Below, in pieces: positions 57,301 to 64,000 of a DNA stretch of 64,000 nucleotides. The notes below the pieces were generated by a model that was not told where the DNA came from, did no database searches, and worked only from the letters and a program-made list of their open reading frames with translations. The position numbers were made by a program, and so were the translations under genes. Positions within the stretch are counted from its first letter, which is position 1, and every line of letters begins with the position of its first letter. Source of the stretch: Cyanidioschyzon merolae (Eukaryota); assembly GCA_000091205.1 (NCBI GenBank), contig AP006490.2; one strand, given 5' to 3'.

Positions 57301-57858
57301 AAACAGCGCCTCTGTGTCCGCAAACCGTAACAGATTTTCCTCTTCTTGATGCTGCTTTTCCAGTGCGAACGCTTTTATTCGGTAACGGCTTCGAAGAAAC
57401 CATGAGACGTCCTGCTCTGTGACGATACCGTCGTGTCGCTCCGAGGACTGCGTTGTTCGCATCAACGCTGCAGCATACAGTAGTTCTGCCAACGCTTGCT
57501 TGTAGCCGGTGGGCAGCTGGAAGTGCATCGGCGTACCGACGATGCGGAATAACCTCTGCCGCTCCGGAGGCGGGGCATCCGCAACGACCTTCGCTGACGG
57601 CTCGCCGTGCGAACGGTGCCAATGAAATGACATGGCCTGCGAAGCCACTGTAGTTGCACTGCGACGAATCGAAGAGGTGAGCCAGCTTGTCACACGCCGA
57701 TGTGAAGCCGCTTCCGAGCTCTTTCCACTCGAACTTGCGGTTTCCACTTGGTCTGGCATGATGACGTATACGGTGAGCAGCGCACACCGGGAACAAAAAC
57801 TACAGATCGATCGCGTACTGGTGGAAAAGAACGCATCACTCGCAACGTGTCCATTCAA
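54316..57858 (-). CDS. Large polytopic membrane protein (1180 aa): ~530-aa soluble N-terminal region followed by >=10 predicted TM segments; family unassigned
   Basis: Uninterrupted 3.5-kb ORF. Hydrophobic stretches include LVFLFFILTVVTYGIALLYVV, WIMTLLLSVIVGLIILVPL, FAGLIWFATFIVNVGWVV, VVGMSAWCTLWGFALTAIVIGGSLFLL and WILASGIWWVIGRVVIYLLLFALYIG. No family signature is recognisable by eye. Confidence 0.65.
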   Translation of the reverse strand: MNGHVASDAFFSTSTRSICSFCSRCALLTVYVIMPDQVETASSSGKSSEAASHRRVTSWLTSSIRRSATTVASQAMSFHWHRSHGEPSAKVVADAPPPERQRLFRIVGTPMHFQLPTGYKQALAELLYAAALMRTTQSSERHDGIVTEQDVSWFLRSRYRIKAFALEKQHQEEENLLRFADTEALFELVKRCQLLESERSFEAWRDQAAATTPPNHDSTLILDTTVVTQRAQSPVASSRIEDEEAAPQTNKGDACAGERTGHPEPETMPPTNPELDLAEIAAELFGPELWRCSLWHSRMQAAASGMRNRVSIEHTFDINDDLEVPDVAIRLAFEALAGGDEDAVLTPERLRAYMYRVGEKSLIPLVGLLFAEIGSDKCDLDTFRSLLVADYFELASIHGGRGGADGFYVTESDGVGTATYFDDCDAAFEAFTGVELERDIPISELAIIREVAESGGSVALVPGEETLLTMTDFHSGCHDAETAEPTPEASTLTPEPSSTVSSGASTPQHRKSDNDEHRLRSRGKSFAQTTSKQLRKQAQRVVDVGMRMVRDSQKVLDMVLDDARSLSYTMLVFLFFILTVVTYGIALLYVVDLAWKCSSTVCVMARVGYSWIMTLLLSVIVGLIILVPLNMVNCRLSTPMSALISAWVTIVSTFVPFFVTWFLVRINWGSSEFSRLRTDLRSGPYSALMIVTTIFGGICLFYQAYLAMVQSALFRTRIPWFRSSSRWIRRPRFQRVSEQLLPWGRRKTLMLMREAISLHEKMRRAEDLGDLSVFVELGQPRENFLQYAKRKFLYACESNRLIWTGRLLEKEGIVVPARIQIAQILQVILSCASFAGLIWFATFIVNVGWVVRGTRISPTPWVVYVSFSVGAVAGLVVTLAESFMMPGNYRKLNHAYRSGRYSLVDREFMVNKNKLHRVSFVVGMSAWCTLWGFALTAIVIGGSLFLLTWSRSRVIALGIALTWLATGVISITKNTLGYWMLNRMVATQLYRRRVFAFILTDIGESAWILASGIWWVIGRVVIYLLLFALYIGRIDSNPWRKKLSVLDGFTAAFTTVALAYDAHHHPFVNRLCTLLLLRACAWRQRDSNHERTKASAKMVTPNRTGNGVASGAVAEDAASGGIPYTSPGTRAAHPPMAPIWRLLLVLALMPDMVWYRARTRIHSAMERRQVQQAEQKASPA

Positions 57859-58789
57859 TACCAGAATTGTACAGATATATTCAGAAAAATTCGAAATTGT
57901 GTCCGTTCATCTTGCGCGCAGCGCAGCCGCTTCTTTTCCACAGCAGCGGCTACGGTCGCGCACCCCACGCTCCGGATGCGCCTACACGGTGTTTGGCGAA
58001 ACGGTGATCCGAGGCCATCGATCCTCGCCCGAATTCCAAGTTCCATCATCCATGCTGCTTCTCGGATATACTGATTACCTTATGGGTTCTATCCTTCGCC
58101 GAGTGCCTGCCTTGCTGCATCCGTGATAGCGCGTATGCCGCTGGTGCGGATGCATGACGGAGACTGTACGGCTTTGCCGTACCGCTGAGGGCGTCGACTC
58201 GAGGTGGGATTCCCCTCACACGGGGTCGGGATTCATGATCATGCTGGGAGCCTGCGGCAGTGCAAAGCGATATCCTAGAAGGCTACCACGATCAGGGCGG
58301 CGCCTAGACGCAGCATACCCGCTGCAAGTCTCAGAATCGGCTGCGTTACGGACAGGCTGCTCAGATCGCACTACAGCACCCGCTACCAAATGGGAACGTG
58401 AAGCACTGGCGTGGCAGGCTCGTCCGGCTCACGGGACCGCACCCCTTGAAGGTAAACTTTCGAAAATAGGGGAAGCGTTTCCCATTTTCTAACGTTTACC
58501 ATGCGGGTCGAACGAACTTGTTATATCGTTACTAGTAAGTTCTTAGTTTGTGGTCTTTGTTCTATATAGTGCGGTCGAGATGCGCACCTGCATTTCTGGT
58601 AGGCGTGAGATACGACGCGCATCTCGCCGTTGAAGGGGAACGCGATCCTGACCGTTAGCGTGCCGCTCTAACTTACAAGTTGGATCGACGTTGAAGTGAT
58701 TGCAAAGCATAGGCTTTCAATTCAATTGTATTTCAACCCTCAAGTGAGTGTATTCAAGTGCTTCTTCGCGGTTTATAGCAGACGCGTTC

Positions 58790-59300
58790 AAAGCGCGTTC
58801 GTTTTCGAATGTGAAAAAGAAAAGGTATAGACATGCAAGTCGAGGATTCTGGAGGCCCGATGTCGCCGGATTCGACAGCAAAAAACGAGAAAAAACCCGC
58901 ATCTCGCCTGCTGCCGGACGAAGGAGAGCATGTGACGTAGTAAAAAGAAGAAGGTAGATAGAAGAGAAAAGATGTTGCGTCGACGGGACGATGACGAGAG
59001 TGTAGTGGCACAGAGGGCACGCAGTTCAGGAACCCTTGCAATCGTGAGTTCCACCAGAGGCAATGAATGCATGGAGCTCGTGACCCAAGACTTTAACGCC
59101 GCCATCCAGACCAGACGAAATGTGGTGCTGAAGACGAGATCCGAGACGCTGAAGCGAGCCAGCTTCCTGGGAGCATCCTTCTGGGGTCGAAGTGTGCATG
59201 CAGAAATTGAAACTGATAGCAGGTCACGGGTCAAAATAGGCAGAGAGGCGTCTGCGGGTGGATGCGCTTTTACCCTCCATGGCCGTGAAACGTTGTTCGT
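58790..59300 (-). repeat. Solo copy of the X repeat module (companion of the Tc1-like element)
   Basis: VFSTTFRLVWMAALKSWVTSSMHSLPLVELTIARVP is homologous to VFSTARIPVQMSALNSQFTSSMRLLPLVELVYARIP at 6.4 kb and to IVFSTAHRLILMAALKSRFTNSMHALHLAERI at 32.1 kb. The terminal motif ggcgtctgcgggtg...ggccgtgaaacgttgttcgtttcgctga at 59225-59300 recurs at 62590-62660. Confidence 0.5.
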
Positions 59301-59854
59301 TTCGCTGAACGTGTTTGTCTGACAGAAGCCGTTTAGAATGTCCAGGGATCCCCGATTATGTGATGGATATCAGCAGTCGGGAAAGCGTTCATCGTCGCAC
59401 CTATATCCAAGTTCCTTTATCTCGATGTGGGTGATCTGCGCTGCTGCGGCTGTAGCTGGCAATCCAGCCGCAATCTATGGATTCGCGTGATGCATTCTGA
59501 CTGGGCATGTTGGCATTGTCACGAGGTCCAGCGCATAGAGCGTGTAAATGCGAATACAATGATCAAGTACGGACTGCCATTGGTGCAGAATTGTCTGGGG
59601 TAGAGATCGGTCTAGGTATTGTACATGGAGCAGGTAAACAGCGACCCAAGGATCAAGTATGAATTGGAACTCTTTACGGAAATGTCTGGGAGGAACTCCG
59701 TGACTCCTTTGCACTGTGGCTCTCTATCTCTCCAAGATTCAGGCCTTCGGAATGAAGGCATGCGTAAGGTGCTCGATTCTGTTCGGCTTCTCGGTCAGCG
59801 AGGAGAAGGTCTTACGACAAAGGCATCGCGATAGAGCCGCCTCTCGAGATGCGA

Positions 59855-60871
59855 TTACCCAGCCTCATGGGGACAAAGACCGCGGCCGTAGACGCTAGCC
59901 CTCCGTGTGATCCGCTCTAGCACGAACGGTTTGCAGTCCAAATCAACGATCGTATGATCGATCACAAAGCCTTGCTCGTCAATTCGGATGAGAATGGAAC
60001 AGTCGTTCGCAATGCACGCCAAGTTGTACAGTGCGTAAAACTGATCAGACCCGGGCTCCGATGCAGCGCTCAGTTCGATATGCGACCAGATGATCGACTG
60101 ATTCTGGACAAGCCAGATCGCTGCTCGTCTGTCAAGAGTCTTGCCCACGAACCAGCTTAGGCGCTCATCACGACTCGCTCCACTGCGTAGGCGTCTACCA
60201 AACGGCGTTGAAAGCAACCGTCTTCTTTCAAGCTCGAATAAACGCTTCACAAGCGCATGGTCACACGAGTGAAGTTGCTGAACGCGATGCACTCTGGCAA
60301 GCGCGGGCGATGTCTGGATAACGCGCGCCATCCAGTCCACTAGACTCGATCCGGCTCGAAAGCGCTGCATCGCTTCAGAGAGGCATTGCTCTCCGTGCAA
60401 CCAGTGCAGGCGGAGGAGTTTTCGCAGCTGTTGCGGGCCTTCGAGAAGTGAGCGCAGCGCGCTGCGGCAGAGGTCCAGATCATTTGCAAAGAGATCGCAG
60501 GCGCGATAGGAGAGACGCTCAAAGCTACCGCACCTCTTCGGTTTGATTTCGATAGTGAGAAAAGGAACTCGTTCGGCACCGTGATCGGAGACCGCCATTG
60601 GCGTCAGCAGATTCGGCTGGTACTCAGCGAAATCGTTCACTCGTTCTCTTCGTACGGCGAACGGTTCGAAGATACGTTCAACAGCGCGTCGAAGGGGCTC
60701 TGAGTCCAGAGAACGCTCCAGCCGCAACCGCAACACCAGCCTACTGTCCCTCGGCGACGTGAGAAGCAGAGCAGATGAGCCGCGAGCAAGCACTTTCCAG
60801 AGTTGCTCTCTTCTCTCAAGGTCTGCGTGAGCTTCTTCATAAGCGTTGCTTCCACGTTTCGAACCACTCAT
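59855..60871 (-). CDS. Inositol-pentakisphosphate 2-kinase-like (IPK1/IPPK family), tentative
   Basis: Contains FLTIEIKPKRCGSF, matching the EIKPK.GF box as I recall it for Ipk1. The C-terminal IVDLDCKPF matches the conserved (M/I)IDLD.KP box. The N-terminal GEG.AN.V glycine-rich motif is only weakly recognisable (LARGSSALLL). Confidence 0.5.
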   Translation of the reverse strand: MSGSKRGSNAYEEAHADLERREQLWKVLARGSSALLLTSPRDSRLVLRLRLERSLDSEPLRRAVERIFEPFAVRRERVNDFAEYQPNLLTPMAVSDHGAERVPFLTIEIKPKRCGSFERLSYRACDLFANDLDLCRSALRSLLEGPQQLRKLLRLHWLHGEQCLSEAMQRFRAGSSLVDWMARVIQTSPALARVHRVQQLHSCDHALVKRLFELERRRLLSTPFGRRLRSGASRDERLSWFVGKTLDRRAAIWLVQNQSIIWSHIELSAASEPGSDQFYALYNLACIANDCSILIRIDEQGFVIDHTIVDLDCKPFVLERITRRASVYGRGLCPHEAG

Positions 60872-61259
60872 GAGCGCGCGCCTTAATTATAGGCATACTT
60901 TTCGGCGCAAGGTGGTCCCGTTCGTTCTGGAGGCGCACTACTACTACTGCTGCTACTGCTGTTGCTATCTTTGAACGTTGTCTATTCCACTTCTAGAAGG
61001 GTGGACATGAACCTGTTCACGGCGGCTACCCTGCAGATCAACACCCCAGTCGTTGACGTCATTACCAAAGGTCGAATACGACAACGTACGGACAGTTTGG
61101 ATACAGCCGCGCTGCTCGCTTGGTTGCTTGGCGGCGACGCGTTGAGCAACGCAACCGGCCCTCGATGACGTTCTGCAGCGTGTTCCAGTCTTTCAACTCA
61201 AATTGGTTCATCCCCATTGTGGGGTATAGTAGGCGGTAGGCATCACGACGCAGTATAAC

Positions 61260-62660
61260 CATAGATTGTAGAAGAATTGCCTGTATGATCGATTCTGTAC
61301 CGAACAGTGAAAGGAAGATTGCATTCCTCCTTCAGTGCTGTCATACAACAGGATTCGGATGGTTGACGGGCACTGAAAGGAAGAAGTATTTACGCTCAAG
61401 GCCAAAAACAGATGCTCTCGAAGAATGCGTGCAATCAATTGAAGAAATCGATCCGTGGATCACTTTATGGAAAGCAAAAACGACTATTGTAGCCGCAAAG
61501 GGCGCTTCTGTTTCTGAACAGCTCGTTCCAGTGATCCAGAAAACACTGGGATACAGTCTCAAAAAAATATTTTAGTCGGCGAATGGCCATCTTCCACCGA
61601 TATCGCAACGACACCGCTCCTGGAACGTCGCTCTCGGTATGAATCACCGCCAACTCTGTTTGTTTCCCAGTCGATGAGACTTGCTTCGGATGAAACGAGC
61701 GGAGCTTATACGGGTATACGCGGAGCAGGGCACCCGTTACGTTTCCGATCAAGCTCGAGGAGATCGACGAAATCATCTCTTCTAGCTGTAGTGAATGCTT
61801 TTCGCGGCCTCGGTTTCTCTCGTAGAGAAGGCTCACACAGCGGCACCCTCTGCGTCGATTCATTGAGGACTTTTCCCTGACATCTGGTGACGTCCTTCTA
61901 TTGGGCAACGTGACATTCCACTGTTACTCTTGCGTTCCAGCTTTTGCCAGTTCTATCGGGGAGTAGAGCTGCTTTTCATGCCTCCGAAATCTCCGTAGTT
62001 CAGCCCCTTGTAGGAGTGTTTTCGATCGAGAATAGTAATGAACGCTCCATTGGCTGAATTGCTGAGCGTTCAGCACACGGTGACAAACCGGAGCACATGT
62101 GGTTTATCTTGCAAAAAGTCGTCCTCGCTCCGGAAAGACGCTCACCCAACAGCATAAACAAGTGCGTTCATTTGAACGGTTCAAAAATCTAGGGGAAAGA
62201 TATTGATATGAAATTCGAGGATCCTGGAACGCAGTCACCGGAGGTTGCCGAAAAAACGGAAAAATCCTCTTCTCATCCAGCATCGAGTGAAGAAGAACAA
62301 GTGTCGCAAGGAGGCGAAGCGGAGATATATTCGAGAAATGGTGTTTGACGGATGGGACCTTGACGAGACTTGAATGGCACGGAGGACACGAATTTGAGGA
62401 ATGAGTTCAACCGGCGGCAATAATCGCACTGGGTTCTGGAATCGTATCGTATACCTCGTCCTCAATCTCAGGAAATGTGCGGAGCTGAAAAAGAGACCTG
62501 CGTAGCTGACGCGATCCAACTTCATAGGATAACCTCTCAGGCTCGTAGCGTGCCTGCATAAACTGAAACCGAGAGCAGCTCATCGCTCAAGAAAGGCTCG
62601 GAGGTGTCTGCGGGTGTGTATATATTTATCCTCCGCGGTCGTGAAACGTTGTTCGTTTTA
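61260..62660 (+). mobile_element. Decayed Tc1/mariner-IS630-like DNA transposon, copy 3 (inverted relative to copies 1-2) plus X module
   Basis: Plus-strand HTH ITLWKAKTTIVAAKGASVSEQLVPVIQKTLGYSLKK is homologous to SRKAKATIVATTGASVSPQLVRGVLKSL in copy 2. The downstream SDETSGAYTGIRGAGHP resembles the first-Asp region. The X module lies inverted at 62235-62525, with the terminal motif at 62590-62660. This is the mirror-image arrangement of copies 1 and 2. Confidence 0.45.
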
Positions 62661-64000
62661 CTGATAACATATATATGCAGCGCCCAAGTTTCAAGGCATT
62701 TGCAACGAGGATGCAGGTTTCGATGGATGCGCATACAAGGCCGCGGCATCTTCGGAGATCGTGGATGGTGTACTGCCTGCTGCATGGTACAGAATCGATG
62801 AAGTTGATCCGAGTCTTGTGGATGTATGAATCATTTCCGCAGCCGAGAAGCGGGCATCGATTCCATCAAAGAAAATTCCGCATGCTGCCGATGCTGTACC
62901 CGAGTCAGATTAGAATGGAGCACTGTACTGCTCGTTATGATCAAGCCTTTTGTTTTTTGAACTAATTTGCGGGTACAGTCTTGACGTTCGAAGTGAATCA
63001 ACCGGGTTGAAGGATTCATGAGTAGTTTCAGGAGTCTCGATCGTCGTTGCCGGGCAGCCGCTTAGCCGCGTGGCTGCTGGTATTCGTTACGGCACCGGGA
63101 TCAAGGTGCATCGCGACGCCCACGAATTGAGGTTCGTAATATAGTCGACTCGTATACCGATGCATGCGTTCGAGCCGGCACTCTTCGCCTTTTCTAGCGT
63201 TCAGTACGCTCACGTCACGCATAGTTCGCGCCTTCGATCGTGCGGTTTCCCAGCAACAACACATGGGCGCAGCAGTTCGCGCTGCCCCACTGACGAGGAA
63301 GCGTACGCGCCGTCATCGCTTGAACGAATTGCTCAGAGGCACACACGCCGAGCATTCACTGCACTGGGCACCTGCAATACTCGATTCCACTCGAATGATG
63401 CATCGTCCATGCTTGTGCGCATCGACGCAACCGCACGCAACCGCACCCAGCAGCAGCAGCAGCAACAAAAACAACAACATAGTACATCTCACGGGATACG
63501 CTCGGGGAAGCTCCCGTCTCTTTCCTATAGACGGAAAAGGGTCGTGCACCAGGGCTCGCGTCATCGCGGCGATCATATGCCGTGGAGCGTGCGACACCGC
63601 GTTGCATGGACGCAGCTCAGCCGGATCGACTGTGTGTTTGCGTCATGGAGTTTCCTTGCTGCACGTGCTCCACCAGGGACAGCATCGCGATCCACAAATC
63701 CGCCAGTGAATGGAATAGTGTGTACGCTTGCGCGCCCAGCGGACGCGGGACTTGTTGCCCTGATCGCCCGCAGCAGGTCCGTGGTCGTAGCGTGCGATAC
63801 CAGTCGCGGGAGCGTGGGGGCGTATGCAGGCGAGCACGCTGTACCCGTTCGGATCCTGGAACCAAGGGATGAAGCGAGCGCCTACTCGCCGCAGCGCAGC
63901 GCTCGGTGCCTGACATGTGGTGGACGCGCACGGGAAGCGCCTCTCGGTAGTCACGCGTGACTGCTCCTGAGCCATGCCGCCGTTGTATGCAAACCAGATG

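Noticed and set aside
1-64000. Prokaryotic operon or defence-island reading of the window
   Set aside because: Gene content (eIF3c, proteasome beta, CDK, Aly/REF, ESF2, B-box) is unambiguously eukaryotic nuclear. No toxin-antitoxin, restriction, Cas or other defence domains were seen.
1-64000. Kinetoplastid-style polycistronic locus, considered because of the high GC and intron-less long ORFs
   Set aside because: Coding strand switches about every gene. eIF3c and the CDK are much closer to plant and animal forms than to trypanosomatid ones.
1-64000. tRNA genes
   Set aside because: No convincing cloverleaf or conserved T-loop (GTTCGAATC-type) segments were spotted by eye. A tRNAscan run would be needed, and absence is not established.

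Overview
This 64-kb window is nuclear DNA from a GC-rich, gene-compact eukaryote that appears to lack introns. About 17 long uninterrupted ORFs sit on both strands, roughly one gene per 3.5-4 kb, and the strand switches frequently. Gene content is clearly eukaryotic: eIF3 subunit c, proteasome beta-4/PSMB2, an Aly/REF RRM export factor, ESF2/ABT1, and a CDK with a plant B-type-like PATTLRE helix. There is also a CONSTANS-type B-box protein and several bacterial/organelle-ancestry enzymes carrying N-terminal extensions: MetC-type cystathionine beta-lyase, P5C reductase, PanC, a PanE-like ketopantoate reductase, a YbeD/UPF0250-like protein, a YbaK-like deacylase, and succinyl-CoA ligase alpha with a mitochondrial presequence. 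Together this fits an intron-poor member of Archaeplastida, possibly a Cyanidiales-like red alga. That placement is an inference from gene content and architecture and cannot be proven from this window.

No prokaryotic defence-system or operon-like novelty is present. The unusual content is repetitive and mobile DNA. Two 1.34-kb direct repeats at about 98.8% identity bracket an 11.7-kb block of housekeeping genes, with a diverged fragment of the same family near 1.0-1.3 kb. A 137-bp satellite of about 7 units with two alternating unit variants sits in a divergent promoter region. A 90-bp tandem repeat of 3 units lies upstream of the B-box gene. A decayed Tc1/mariner-IS630-like transposon occurs in 3 copies, with the HTH, DE and YSP..N.IE transposase motifs recognisable but frameshifted. 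A companion repeat module always lies adjacent to those copies, and a fourth solo copy is present. A small ORF carries an excisionase-type HTH_17 motif.

Many other ORFs in the six-frame track are antisense shadow ORFs of GC-rich genes or artefacts of tandem repeats.
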